DNA from: Chara braunii
Taxonomy: Eukaryota > Plantae > Charophyceae
NCBI GenBank assembly: GCA_003427395.1
Contig: BFEA01000025.1
Coordinates: 4,823,659-4,887,658, forward strand
Direction: 5' to 3'
DNA: 64,000 nt
Positions 26,783-39,800 of this stretch are shown here, piece by piece; positions within the stretch are counted from its first letter, which is position 1, and each line of letters begins with the position of its first letter. Made by a program: the position numbers and the translations under genes. The notes below the pieces were generated by a model. It ran no database searches and was not told the origin of the DNA. It was given only the letters and a program-made list of their open reading frames with translations.

Positions 26783-27010
26783 CATGTAGAACCAAACGTT
26801 GAGAATGACTTGCAACCCTACGGGCTGCAAACTGATAGTGCTGGGCGCTTGGCGAACCTTGGGCCTCTCCTTGGGTTGCACTCCACCCACGGGGAGGGTC
26901 ATGTAGAACCAAACGTTGAGAATGACTTGCAAGTGGCAACCCTACGGGGTCCAAACTGATAGTGCTGGGCGCTTGGCTAACCCTGGGCCTCTCCTCTGGC
27001 TGCACCCCAC
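26783..27010 (+). repeat. Tandem duplication, ~117-bp unit
   Basis: CATGTAGAACCAAACGTTGAGAATGACTTGCAA...CAAACTGATAGTGCTGGGCGCTTGGC occurs twice. Confidence 0.9.
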
Positions 27011-27664
27011 CCAAGTGTGGGCTTCCAGCCAGGGGTTCCACAGGCTTCAGGCTACGTGCCCGCGCCGGGCGAGGCCCCGCTTGGCTGGGTCCTCTGTTTC
27101 TGGTCGTTGATTCTCATCATCCTCGTGATCGACGGTTACAAGTGAAGAATCCGTGTGAGTATATGGGACCGTGTTGCAGTCTCGAGCTTTCCCAGCATGG
27201 AGAGAGCGCGTTTGGGGCCACATCCTTTCCAGTCCTCGGAGGGCAGGGCTTGTATGGGCTGCGCCTCGTATGTTGCGCACGGAGTCCTCATGAGGTGGGT
27301 TTGCGTAAGGCCAGGTTCCTTCTACCGTCCGATTGTGCTGTGCCCTCGGTCGGTTATTCGAGAACTGAGGGACGCAATACAATTGACGGCGGTACAGGTA
27401 CAGGTAAGGTAGCCGCGGTCTCGTTATATGGCGAGTCAGACGGCCGCCCACCATATGTTAGTGACGGTGCAGTATTGCACTGCTCTTAGTTTCGGGGTCC
27501 TTTCTGTGCGCGCGCTACGGTTTGGGTCTGTCTGCGCGGAGGCTGTTGTCTTTCCACCATCCAGTCATCACTTCTGTCCGCTTTGCAGCCGCCTGAAAGT
27601 CTGCTCTTTCTTTACCCAACCGCGCCGAGCGAGTGGTGGGTCTAGAAGCTGCGTCTGGCTATTG

Positions 27665-27671
27665 TATAAAA
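27665..27671 (+). promoter_or_regulatory. Probable TATA box of eIF5
   Basis: TATAAAA in GC-rich context, followed by a pyrimidine-rich leader with a (CT)n tract at ~27920-27947. Confidence 0.6.
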
Positions 27672-27916
27672 CGTCTTCCAGCCTCGGAGCCCCATCTTCA
27701 CGGCTCTGAGTCTATCGAGCGCCTCGCGTGTACGATTCTACCAGCGCTGTTCTGAGGTCGTGTTGGCATTCAGCACCCGTCCCTCCTTCGTGCAAGTCTC
27801 TTCGTGTCTGCGCTAATCCTCACGTCTGAGCGCTGCGTGTCGCGCGTTGTTCTTGATTGCAACATAATTGGTCTTCCTCTCACACGCGCAGGAGACTCCT
27901 TTCCTGTGAAGCACAA

Positions 27917-27951
<35 letters not shown>

Positions 27952-28001
27952 GTTGTCTTCTGCTTTGCGCAATTGTAAATGCGATCATCTTGTGACGGCA
28001 G

Positions 28002-28278
28002 GTGAGCGATTGGCATGTGTTCAGCCAGGTGGCTTTTCTCGTGGCGGTGACGGCGGGGGCAGGGCGCGAGTAAGACCTTCTCTTGACGTGCATGAGAACA
28101 GGGTTTGCATGTTGGATTACTTGTCTCGAGTGATTCCCGTGAGCAGCGTTCTCCTGCGTGGAGGCAAGTCGGTGATTGACTGTCTTCGAGTAGTAGGATT
28201 CTGATCGGTGATCGGTAGGGGTGAGTGGGGTGGTTTGAGCCTAGAGGCGGTTGTTGGGTGGTTGTTTGTTCGGGTTAG
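28002..28278 (+). other. Putative 5'UTR intron of eIF5 (donor strong, acceptor uncertain)
   Basis: CAG|GTGAGC donor at 28002. Candidate acceptor TTGTTTGTTCGGGTTAG at 28278. Confidence 0.4.
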
Positions 28279-28386
28279 CTGTGTACGAAAGCGAAGCGCG
28301 GGAGGGGGTGAGAGTAATTAGGGGTCGCGTTGTCTTGGGGTTCGGGTGTCTCTTTTGTTGATTTCGTTGCCGTCCGACTGTGTTTT

Positions 28387-28731
28387 ATGTCTGAGGCCAT
28401 ATTCCTTCGTTTTGGCTCCTTCTCGCCGCTTGGAGAGTACGGTCCTCACTCGAGAAAGCGCCATAAACCGTCCTCTCTTTGTACGCAAATCGGCTTGTAT
28501 GTCACAGAAAAGCCGCCCATCGCTTTTCCTCCTTGGCGTTTACGCCAAACCGAGCACATCGGATCAGCGGCGCCTTTAGCGGCGGCTTCAGCGCTCCCCA
28601 CGGCTGGCATTGTGTCGCACCTTCCGGGCGGCGCTTTGCGTTCTCCTGAGGGAGGACGAAGACTCTGGGGAGTGTCTGCTGTGTCCCCTGCGAGCTTCAG
28701 CGGTGGGTGGTTCACACCCCCGGACAGCTGA
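28387..28731 (+). promoter_or_regulatory. eIF5 regulatory uORF (114 aa, MSEAIFLRF...EKPPIAFPPW...GGWFTPPDS*) with poor-context AUG
   Basis: Start context TTTT-ATG-T (U at -3 and +4). Stops 48 nt before the main AUG, which has strong context AAG-ATG-G. Poor-context uORFs are an established feature of eIF5 mRNAs. Confidence 0.75.
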
Positions 28732-28779
28732 AGAGTCCCGCCTACTCTCGGAGGCTATTCTTTCTCGCTCATCGTCAAG

Positions 28780-30237
28780 ATGGCGCTCCAGAACATTGGC
28801 GCTGCCAACAGCGACGATGCCTTCTACCGCTACAAGATGCCCAGGCTCATCACGAAGATCGAGGGCAGGGGAAACGGCATCAAAACGAATCTTGTCAACA
28901 TGGTGGAAGTCGCTAAGGCTCTCGCAAGGCCGCCCTCCTACACGACCAAGTATTTCGGATGCGAGCTTGGCGCGCAGTCGAAGTTCGATGACAAGACGGG
29001 GACTAGCATTGTCAATGGCGCTCACGACACCGGTAAGCTGGCTGGACTCCTGGAGGGATTCATCAAACGCTATGTACAGTGTTACGGCTGCGGTAATCCC
29101 GAAACGGAGATTGTGATCACCAAGTTGCAGACGATTCAGATGAAATGCGCCGCGTGCGGCCATCTGTCGGATGTTGACATGAGAGACAAGCTGACGACGT
29201 TTATTTTGAAGAACCCTCCTGAGACGAAAAAGAGTGCAGGCGGGAAAAAGGAGAAGCAGCTCCGACGAGCGGAGAAGGAGAGACTGGCGCACGGAGAGGC
29301 TGTGGACGATGAGGCTAAGAAGGCGAGCAAGAAACTTGTCGCTTCCAAGTCCAGGAGCAAGAAAGAGAAGAAAGACGACGATGAGAAGCGCAGCAGCTCT
29401 GGCGATGACAGACCGGACTCCGTCGGTGTCCCGGCAGTTGATGACGTGGAAGAAGTCGAGTGGCAGACGGACACTTCCGCGGAGGCGGCGAGACAGAGGA
29501 TAATGGAACAACTCACGGCAGCGACCAGTGAGATGGTGGTCGTGGTGGACACGTTGAATGGCGACGCTGAGCCCAAATCTGCATCCCCGAAGAAAGCCAA
29601 GGACGATTCCGCGGCGCCTAAACTCACTCGAGCGAAATCGTCGAAGAAGGCGTCCTCTGTAAAAGAGGATGCGAAGTCGCACTCAACGACGACGACTGAA
29701 GTTCGCTCGCCTTCGCTTCCGCACGTGGAAGAGAAACTAGTCGAAGAAGTGAAGGCGCTGAGCTTACACGACAAGATGGTTCAAGAGGTCAAAGCGCAGT
29801 TGAAGACTAATTCTCCGGTCGAGAAAATTCTCCTCTACCTGAAGGGCAAGAAGGTATCGGATAAGGAAGCTATGTCTATCTTGTTCCAGGCTCTCTTTGA
29901 CGGCCTCGGCAAAGGCCTCTCAAAGGAGGTCAAGGCGAAGAAATTCCTCTTATCGAGAGCGGTAAATGGAGAGTCATCACAGAGGTATTTACTCGACTCT
30001 ATTGAGGTGCATTGTGGGGTGACCGTTCCCGATGCTGCAAAGGAAGTGCCCCTCGTTCTCAAAGTCTTATATGACGAGGACGTTCTGGAGGAGGACGAGA
30101 TTCTTGCATGGTATGACGAGGGGACAAAGAACGCGAACGATGTTGTGAGCAAGTCGGTGGCAGCTCTCGTCAGGAAGCACGCGACGCCTCTTATTGAGTG
30201 GCTCAGGAGCGCAGAGCCGGAGTCCGACGAGGAGTGA
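28780..30237 (+). CDS. eIF5: Eukaryotic translation initiation factor 5
   Basis: N-terminal [20 protein letters not shown] (GAP Arg), [11 protein letters not shown], Zn ribbon [22 protein letters not shown] motif, C-terminal W2 domain [22 protein letters not shown]. Intact single-exon 485-aa ORF. Confidence 0.98.
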   Translation: MALQNIGAANSDDAFYRYKMPRLITKIEGRGNGIKTNLVNMVEVAKALARPPSYTTKYFGCELGAQSKFDDKTGTSIVNGAHDTGKLAGLLEGFIKRYVQCYGCGNPETEIVITKLQTIQMKCAACGHLSDVDMRDKLTTFILKNPPETKKSAGGKKEKQLRRAEKERLAHGEAVDDEAKKASKKLVASKSRSKKEKKDDDEKRSSSGDDRPDSVGVPAVDDVEEVEWQTDTSAEAARQRIMEQLTAATSEMVVVVDTLNGDAEPKSASPKKAKDDSAAPKLTRAKSSKKASSVKEDAKSHSTTTTEVRSPSLPHVEEKLVEEVKALSLHDKMVQEVKAQLKTNSPVEKILLYLKGKKVSDKEAMSILFQALFDGLGKGLSKEVKAKKFLLSRAVNGESSQRYLLDSIEVHCGVTVPDAAKEVPLVLKVLYDEDVLEEDEILAWYDEGTKNANDVVSKSVAALVRKHATPLIEWLRSAEPESDEE

Positions 30238-32446
30238 TTCGCAGTCGGACGAGGAGTGATTCGTAAGACCGTAATTGTCGAAATGGTGAAAAGCTTGATA
30301 TTCTTGATGTTTTATTCGGAACTCAGTTTTTTAACATGTTATCGGCGACTTATTTTGAGCATTATGGAAGTATTTTTAAGGAATCGCTTGATGTTGACCT
30401 CGTGCGTTTTTTTTTCTTGAAAAAAAGTATACGAGGCGGTAATGAGTGTGAAAGCGTTAAGTGGCGGGGATGCGATTTCAAGAGAAAAAGAAATATGATG
30501 AGGTACCGGCGGGTGGGACAGTCGGGTTTGGCGTTTGAATGGTTTGGTGCTTATGTAGGCGTAAATGTTAAACCTCCCTCATTTAAATTGAGTGAGAACG
30601 GAAAACGTATATGGCTGAGGGCCTGAGGCTGGGGTCGTGTGTGCTGAGGCTGGGGTTTCGATTTGTTGGTGGGATGCGGGCGGTGTGCGGCTTTCGTCAA
30701 AGAAAAGTGCGTCTGTCTGGGTGTGTTATATGGTTCTACAGCCGGGGAGCGGAGCCTGATGAATCTGAGGGATGGCACAACTGGTGTGTGTTGTGTGGGC
30801 TTGATGGCTGTTCCGTCGCCTCCTGTCTCTCGTTGGGAGGATACACAATAGAGTATGATGCCTGAGATTCAGTTACGGAACGACGAGTACCTCCTCGACA
30901 AGGATTTATGGTTTTTGTTTTGCAGTTTGTGAACACGAGCTGTTTTTTCGAACTGGGTTTACAGAAATTGGGCTGGGTAGGTGGGGTAGTGTAAAACAAT
31001 TAATGTTGTGTGTGATAGGTGGGTTTTGTTGATTGGTGTGCAGAGTCGTTACTTCGTTGAAAGGCAGATTGAAGTGCGCGGGGAGCGTGGAGAGCGGGAA
31101 AAGGTGAGTAGGTCAAATTGCGCGGGAAGGGTGGAGAATTGGGGGGTGGTTGGGCTCTACTGAAATAGGGAGCGTGGAGAGTGCGGAAAAGGTATAGGTA
31201 GGTTAAATTGCGCGGGAAGAGTGGAATAGGGGGGCGGTTGGGCATTACTGAAATAGGGATGCAGGGGAAGGGATTGAGCACGATTAACGACGACGGCTAT
31301 TTTGGTGTTTGTTGAAGTCGTTAAATGCAGTCGAAAGGCTTATATTAAAATGTGAGGAGGACGGTCGGTCGGACTACTGAAATAGGGGTGCAGATTTGGG
31401 TACTAGCATCGACGTGTGTAGGATGGGAGGGCCTGTTTTTTGAGAGGGAGTTCTCTCTGGATGTGCAGTGGAATCGCGTTAAAAAGTCGGCGTTTCTTAT
31501 GAACGACTTCAACGTGGGAGGGAGTGAAAATTCGGTTTCGACACATGTTATTAGTGGCGCTGATGGCTTGGTGATATGGACTCTGTGGTTGATTGTCAAC
31601 AGGTGTATGTTTGTGGAAAATGTTTTTTGATGTTCTGATTAGGAATATTCCGTGTAACGTGGTTTTTGATGTTCTGATTAGGAATATCCGAATTCCAAAT
31701 GTGGTAATCTGTCGCTCCGATTGACGGGTGGGATTAACAATGGATGTGAGGACTGAAGTTGTGATGTTATAAGAGGAGCTTTGTGTGATTGAGACCCGGA
31801 GTATCGGTTTGCAGTGCGTCATTAATGTGTTCTCGAAATAGGCAGAAGTAGGTTGTCTTATCTCACTTGAAGTAGGCTGTCTATCTCTTCATGATGATAT
31901 TTTGGGTACTGGAAAAGAGTCGACGAGGCTTGGTGTAAATGGNTTTGGGTACTGGAAAAGAGTCGACGAGGCTTGGTGTAAATGGCTGAACATTTTTTGT
32001 CCTGTATGATCTGTTTGCTGTGAGTGTGGGTGTGTGAGGGGGACTAGTCATACCGAACTCTGCTTGAAATCCGTGATTTCTTGTGATTTTGAGCTCTTTA
32101 GGGGTGAAAATGCTGTATTGCCCTTCAGGATTAGGTCCGTGAGTGGGGTTTTCACATCTCGACGTTTCCGTCTGAGATCGAGGTTGATGTGTGTGCAGTG
32201 GACCTCGCTGGTGTGTGCGTTGCCAGATATGCGCGAGTGCTTGGTTCACGAAGAGTTTGCGCTGTGTCGACCTTTTGGGTAGAGACGATAATACGAGGTC
32301 AGTGTATAGGTGAATTACCAGTGGTGAGAGATCGACTCCACAGCGATGTCGAATTCGTCCGTGTGTGATGAAGCCCACCCTAACTGCTCTATTTACAGCT
32401 GAAGAACGCAGGAAGGTGGCGAGAGTCGGTGCTGAACTCGTATGGC

Positions 32447-32652
32447 TGAGAGCAGGTATTGTGTTTTTTTCAGTCGGAGGCTGTTCATACTTACGCTCGG
32501 TTGTTACAGACCAGAGATAAAGTGGTAGTGTATGGGCCTCACGTGCGCGCATGTGAGAGAGAGACAGGTGGTAGGGCACCGGGAGGACCAGGGGTTCACG
32601 TGCGCGCACACGACTGTGTATGTGTCTGTGTGAGAGAGTACAAATAAGTGTC

Positions 32653-32684
<32 letters not shown>

Positions 32685-32847
32685 CAGGTATTGTGTTTTT
32701 TCTCAGTCGGAGGCTGTGTACTTACGCTCGGTTGTTACAGACCAGAGAAAGTGGTAGGGCATGGGGCTCACGTGCGCGCATGTGAGAGAGAGACAGGTGG
32801 TAGGGCACGGGGAGGACAAGGGGTTCACGTGCGCGCACACGAGTGTA

Positions 32848-32860
<13 letters not shown>
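32447..32860 (+). repeat. Tandem duplication, ~232-bp unit with (GA)n
   Basis: GAGAGCAGGTATTGTGTTTT..CAGTCGGAGGCTGT...CACGTGCGCGCATGTGAGAG occurs twice. Confidence 0.9.
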
Positions 32861-32895
<35 letters not shown>

Positions 32896-33685
32896 CGAAC
32901 AAGTGTCTGCGGGCACGGAAACGGGTGACAGTCACGAGGAAACATTGCTGATCTTTGGCAGGTGGGGTGATATTTGTTTTTTGTCGAGTTGCTTAGCGTT
33001 GCGTGAGACGCAGGTAAACTGTGGACAACCTTGGGCGGTGTTATGTTGGCCAGGAACTCTGTACCGTAGCGAAGCTCGCAGGGGATGTTCTCTCTCGACT
33101 GTCTAAGAAGGGGAGGGGGATCATGTACGTTGTGTGGGATTCCGTATTGGCCTTTGTTTCAAGTGCGGAGGGAGGGTGAACTGGGGCGACTTGCACGGAT
33201 TACGAGAATCTGGCCGTTGATCTTTGCTATCTAAGGTCAATATCGCTTAATTTGCTAGCCCCTGGCGAGTGAAAGAAGAACGCGCTGTGAAATATAACCG
33301 ACGGCGCGCGCGCTTGTGTGATCCTTTTACGATCCACAACACTTGTCGTTACTGTGTTCTGTTTATCGTGCAGTTCACTGATGAGGTAATTGAGGCTTAT
33401 CTAGAGAGAGAGCACGCAGTGTAGGTCTTAGGTCTTGTCGGTCGTCGGCAGGTAGTTGTTGCCGTGCGATTGTCAGTCTCTTTAGTCAGAAGAGTCTAGC
33501 AAGGTCCAGTCCGTCCCCCTCCNCCCCCCCCCCGTCTTTCCCCCCTCCCCCTCCCCCTCCCCCTGCACACGTCCACGTACCAGTGGTGGTTGTCTTACCA
33601 ACCCCAGTCCGGTGTTTTCCGCTCTCGAGTTGCTGTTTAACAGTATGTTTTTTGTTGTTGCTGTTTCCCACTCAATAGTGGCGTA

Positions 33686-33790
33686 CCTTTTTCCTTCGAA
33701 TACAGCGTACGGTCATTCGAGCTGTATCTAGACTGAAAGGTGCGTCACATACTGTTATAATGACCGTACGTTGTATTCGGCGGAAGAAGG
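33686..33790. mobile_element. 105-bp MITE flanked by TA (Tc1/mariner-type), copy A
   Basis: TA|CCTTTTTCCTTCGAATACAGCGTACGGTCATT...AATGACCGTACGTTGTATTCGGCGGAAGAAGG|TA. Same length as, and homologous to, 40417-40521. Confidence 0.8.
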
Positions 33791-33930
33791 TAGGTTAGTT
33801 GGTGCAGCGCTTAACTGTTGAAACGCAGACCTGAGTTCGAACTCCACTGGAAGCAGAAGAGGCAAGTAGTACGACTCTTGAATGACCTGGCCGGTCAGTT
33901 CGATATGATGGTATCTCAAGGCCGTCGCCT
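33791..33930 (+). repeat. tRNA-derived element (SINE-like head), related to the 46143 and 49115 copies but lacking U6
   Basis: A-box-like TAGTTGGT, CTGTTGAAA loop, B-box GAGTTCGAACTC, then GGCCG..GAT.GTAT.TCAAGG, ending in an A-run. Confidence 0.6.
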
Positions 33931-35769
33931 TTAAACAAAAAAAAAAAAAAAGGAAGATTGCCGGTTTACGTGTCCCTTAGCGCTGATAACGCGTCCCTTA
34001 GCGGTGACAACGGTTGTTGCTGGGGTACTGCCCCCCACCTTGACGGTGACGTTCCTGCTAACTGTAGGTTTGGGTTTATTGCGGTTTTTCCCATTCAATA
34101 ACTGCTGAGTTAGTGGCCTGCAACCGTCTTTTCCCCCGAACATAACGCACCCTGAAATTGAACGTATGCAAGCTATATTTCCGGTCCGGTACGGCCAAGA
34201 TGAGGGTTCTGTTCGGGGGAAGACGGTAGCGCTAAGAGCAGTTGCTGGGGTACCTCTGCCACCCCCTTATAGGTGAGGTTTGTGATTTTATTCGGCGATT
34301 ACGTACACCAGAGTACCGTACGGTACCGTGAGAAAGTGGCTCCTTTCAGAGCTGATAGTATTTTTTTTTATATTTTTATTATTATACAAAAGAGCTGATA
34401 GTAATGTCGTTTACGTAATTATTAAGGGGATCAATCATCTGCGAATTATGTTTTTAATCCGATGTTGCTAGTCTTCAATCCGTAATTACGTACGAGAGCG
34501 CACCTCAATCTGCGAATTATGTTTTTAATCCGATGTTGCTAGTCTTCAATCCGTAATTACGTACGAGAGCGCACCTCGTTAAGACTTTTGCATCCTACCT
34601 TAAAGATGGCTCGTAAACATTCAGAATCTCACGGTGCGTTACGCTCGGCGCGGTCTTTCGACAAATAAAAAAAAAAAAAAAGAAGGAAACGACATTGATC
34701 ACTCATTAGAAAAGACGGGGCCGGTACTGTTTTTTTTTTTTTTTTTTTGGGGCGTGGTCCCATTTGCAAAGAGGATCGGATCGAGTGCCTGAATCTGGAC
34801 CTAATTGTGGACAGGTGTAGGAAATCGAGATTGAACTGCTTTTCTGCACCTCTGCATAAAACACACATCCAGATTCATGAGCCTGGACGTAATTGTGAAC
34901 AGGTGCAGGAAATCGAGGTTGAACTGCTTTTCTGCACCTCTGCAGAAAACATATCCAGATTCATGAGCTTGATCCTATCCTCTTTGCCAGTGGGACGTCG
35001 GCCCCGGGTTGTATTGTGAGGTCCCCGGCCTCAATTGGAATTTCGAAATATAAGCAAGCAAGAATTTCGAGGGAAAAAGAAAAGAAAAAAAAGCAAAAAA
35101 AAAGAAAAGGCGATTGCACCGAATTTGAACCGAATGGAATCCCTGAGAAAGGGGTCGTCTCAAGAAAGAATTCTGTAGACCTAAAAAAAAGTCTTAAGGG
35201 GGGTACAGAATTAGAACAATCGGGGGGCTAGTTCTGACAAGTCTTAAGGGGGGTACCGAATTAGAACACTGGGGGGACTGTTCTGCTAAGTAGGGGTGGA
35301 TGTTGTGTCTCGTAGACTGTGGAGGTAGTTGGCACTTGGGCCTTGGTTCCGGTCTTTCGACAATTTGGTCCTCAATAATGTAACACAAGTGACTCTCTCC
35401 TGTGGATGTACATGACCGGTTTTCCCACCCCGCCTGGATGCTCCTGACCAGAATTACGTCCACATTAAGTTGAAAAAGTCACAACTAGTTTTGAGTATAT
35501 AAGATCACCACTGGAAACTTGAAAGCTAGGCCGAAGGATAATTTGATTATTAACACAAATATTTTTGTGACTTATAAGCTGAAGTAAACAATCTGCCACA
35601 AGTAACCAAAAAAGTTTTGCTCTCCTTTCCTTAGTGATGGACTTGTTCTAATTGTCATTGCCAATGGTTGGTTGCTAATTGATCACGACCGTGATTTCCA
35701 TCGTTGGCAGTTGGCAGTTTTTTTCCTTTCCGTCGTTGAAAAATGTGTATTGAAGCTTTTATGGTCTGG

Positions 35770-36240
35770 CGAGCTTGGTTGCACTCACTAACTCGCCATC
35801 CACCAACATTCTCCAATGTATCTGGACATGAGACGTGTGCAGATGCATTCAAAATCTTTAGTAACATGCCATCCACCGACATTTGTTGAATGTCCAGATG
35901 CATTCAAAATCTTGGTGGCATTCGAATCCAAGGGAGCTTGGTTGCACTAACTCGCCACCCACCAACATTCTGCAATGTATCCGGACAGGAGATGCGTCTA
36001 GATGCATTCAAAATCTAAGATGCATTCAAAATCTCGGGGGCACTCGAATCCAAGGGAGCTTGGTTGCACTAACTCGCCATCCAACAACATTCTTGAATGC
36101 ATCTGGACATCCCTTGTGTCCAGATGCATTCGAAATCTTGGTGGCGCTCGTATCCAATGTGGCTTGGTTGCACGAACTCGCCATCCACGGACATTCTTGT
36201 GTGCATCTGGACGCGAAATGTGTCCAGATGCATTCAAACT
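35770..36240 (+). repeat. Degenerate tandem repeat, about 4 units of 110-165 bp
   Basis: Recurring GCTTGGTTGCAC.AACTCGCCA.CCA and CAGATGCATTCAAAATCT. Confidence 0.85.
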
Positions 36241-36793
36241 CTTTTGTGGATGGTGGGCTGGTTATACGCTGGAATTTTAAGTGTTTGCGCGTCCCAATTT
36301 TTTAGCCGAGCTACCATTCTGTGGATTATATGGCATCGATATAATATATGTTGTGGTCAATTATACCCCGAGGCGCCCCAACCGCTTCTTGTCATGTGCA
36401 TGCGGGATTCTGCCACATCTGGCCCCCCGACCCCACCCTGTGCCTCCCCTCAGAGTCTGCACTGACACTGCCGCTGGGCCCCATTAGGTTCCGTGTTTCT
36501 CCTAGGGGCGTACAGTCCACGCTGCAAACGGAAAAATCCTCGTTTTGGCTGTACCTGACCGGAAATATAGCTTGTATATATTATTATTGTTGTGCGTTAT
36601 GTTTGCGCGAAGACCGTAACCGAGTCCTTTGCGTGATAGCGTATCACCAGACCCTGCCACGTGCAGAGCGAGACAGCGTATGAATGGCTGAGCACTGTTG
36701 AAAGCTGAAAACAGCTGAAAACAAGCTAGCTTTGGGCAGAGGACGAGAAAACAGGTGGGAGGAGGGGGACTAGGGGAACCACCCCACTTGCCT

Positions 36794-36868
<75 letters not shown>

Positions 36869-39800
36869 GTGAGCACTCTCAAACACAGCTGATGACAGAC
36901 GAATGACACACAGAGAGAGAGAGAGAGAGAGAGAGGTGAGCACTGTCAAACACAGCTGATGACAGACGAATGTTGGGCAGAGGACGAGAATGTAGAAGCA
37001 AGCTACACTACGATCAAGTGTAGTATCTGTTCCGGATCAGTTTGATATCTAATCGGTGATACAATGGACCACATAAAAAATAGAACAAATAAAGAAATTT
37101 GATGCGTCGCTAAACCCGAGGTCCTCAGTTAACATTTGGATTTGGGAACAGTGACAATAGACAAAGAGGGCTTACGTGTCATGAACAACGTGGCAGTCGC
37201 CAAAGTCTTAGAATGAAATCTGCGTTGTGCAAATGCATACCCCTTCCCCGATTACTGATGAGATTGTCAGTGCGGTCCTATTACTACCGGCAGGTCCCTT
37301 TCCTCTGACTTCCGATAGGAACATGAAAAAAAAAAAAAAAAAAAAAAAACCAGTTTTTTGGATCTCGCCGGTATCACTTGTAGACCTATAGGCTCTAGCG
37401 TTGTAAGTTGTCGTTTACTCACCTGTCCCCCAATCAATACGCCAAAATAGAGTAATGTGCCAATCACACCGCCTAAATTTATTAAATTAGTTTCAAAAAT
37501 ATCGAAATTGAATCCAAACTGTGATCACCATCATGTCACGGGGACAACATGCCAGAGAAGACGGTTAGAAAGAGTATGGGCCTGGACGTACCACTCACCA
37601 AATGCACAAAAGACAAACATTATGGTGGTGCATCTTTGCATATTTTAGCAGGAGATTCATTCTCATTTTGCACATGGTACCGTGATATGTCCTTATGCTA
37701 TTCCCCAGATGATTCAGCTCAGACTAGCGACAAAGTTACTATAATAGGAAGGTACACCTTGTCAATGCCATGGGGCTTGTAAACATTATGGGTGTTTGCA
37801 GTGACTCGACTGTCGTTGCAAGGGATATCTGTAGCAAGGTCTGGCCTCTGGGTCTTTGTGCAGTCTGTATCTGCCCTGGATGGGGCGGGAAGTGTCCCCG
37901 CTTGTCTTTATGGAGCTCTTGGTTTCATCAACCATAGTGTCACTTGGGCCCTTTCTGCTCTGCAGTGAGGCCAGAATGATCCTGTGTCTCGGAGAGAAAG
38001 TGGGCGTCCATCAAGCCGAGTGTCCGAGATGTACCTGTTTCTTTGAGATCGCCGCGAGGGAATCCTTGTATCTGGGGCTGACTGCTTCAAGGGGGATGAG
38101 TTCTGATAATGTACCTACCTGTATGGCTATTTCTTTCAGTGGCCAATCTGTGTCAATCACCCCCACCTAGCCAGTATTTATTTGCAGCCAGTTGTTTCTT
38201 TCCGTGGGCAATTGAACCCCCCAGTTGTGCCATCCTATTCAACCAGTCAGTTCGCGGAACTTCACGCAAAGCAGAGTACAGCTCTTATGAGCTGGTAGAC
38301 AAGCCGCGGCAAAAGGCGCCGTGGAAGGCTGGTGAGCTTTGCCAATCACCATCACCAGTGAGTTTCCCAGCCATTTTTTCAAAGTTGCAGCTTGCATGCT
38401 CCTGGACTTTCGGGGCTCGGCCACTGGAGCAAAATGGTTGGCGGCGCCAGCCGAAAGGAGGCACGCGTCGGGGTGTTTTTTTTCGTTGGTGCGCCGTGTG
38501 AACTGGTGGTTTAGTCGTTTCGATCTACGGTCTGGTTTCGATACACAAGTTGTCGCGAAGTACTGGCGGTTTACGACTTGTCGGAACTAGCGGTTTAGTA
38601 GTTTCGATCTAGTACGGTCTGGCTTCGATCCAAAGCATGTGGCCATGGTGGAAGAGGGTTTATGTCCATGTTGGGATGATGGAGCTTCTTCCGCCTCCAG
38701 CAGGACTGCCAGTGGTGGGAGTTATGTCGAATCCATCCGGGATTCGTGGGGCCACTGACGACGACCCTCTAAATGTGCGAGGGATCTTGGGAACATGGTG
38801 GCATCAGGTGAGAAGCTCCGGCCTCGGTTTCGCTCTGCCTTGGTTTCTGAATGCGGGCAGGCAACATGGTGCCATCTGGTGGAAGCCCCTTCAGCGGACA
38901 ACGGTTTGGTTCGGGGTATCGGCCCAAGAGGCTCACGGAGACGGGCAACAAAAATCCCCCGATGGTTTAAGGAGAGCTTAGAATGCTGCACGACAACGGA
39001 CCAGTCTATCACTCTGCCCTTGATTCACATACGCATGGAGTAGTCGTGGGATTCGGTATCAACCTGGATTCGGCTGCGGTGTTGATATCGGTCTGAGCTG
39101 GATTTGGCTGTGGTTCTTTGGATTCGGCTTGAGTGGGTTTTGGCTGAAATACTACTACTATTGTTTGCTTTTGTTTCCTCCCATTTTTTAGGAGTTCCGA
39201 AAAAAAGACACGTCATGACAAAACGTTTTGTTTTCATTACCATCTAACGCCAGATGAGCCAAGTTGAAGCCAGAAGACGCTCATACCATTTGCGTCCGAA
39301 ATCGAACATTCTGATTTGGGTATCCGGGAGCCGTAGGGTCACACTGCACTGATCTGTCAGTTTGCTTGCTAACCTTTGTTCGAGTTCTGGAAAGCGCCTT
39401 GCCTTGTCACAGTGGTCTTACTCTTTTGCCTTCATAGGGGATAGTCACACTGGGACTTTTCCTGGATGTATACAACTGCATTTCGCATCGGCATCGATGC
39501 GCATGATAGCGAATAACGCCCACTGAGCAGCGAAAAATGCCCACTAGTGTGTATGTTGTGCTCAGCTCTGTGTTGCTTCTGGCTCTTTTGTTCCTCTCTC
39601 CGTTTTCGATGTGTGAGTTCTTCTGGCAGTATGTGAGGAAAATCTCTGTCAGAGATTAAAAAAAAAAAAAAAAAAAAAAAACTTTCCTTCTTTTCCATTT
39701 GGCCGGAGGATCTGANNNNNNNNNNNNNNNNNNNNNNNNNNNNNNNNNNNNNNNNNNNNNNNNNNNNNNNNNNNNNNNNNNNNNNNNNNNNNNNNNNNNN

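Noticed and set aside
28588-30152. Long antisense ORFs (364, 212 and 105 aa)
   Set aside because: Shadow frames of the GC-rich eIF5 CDS with no recognisable motifs.
31902-31985. Exact ~41-bp duplication around a single N
   Set aside because: Typical contig-join overlap artefact; a similar case occurs at 19232.
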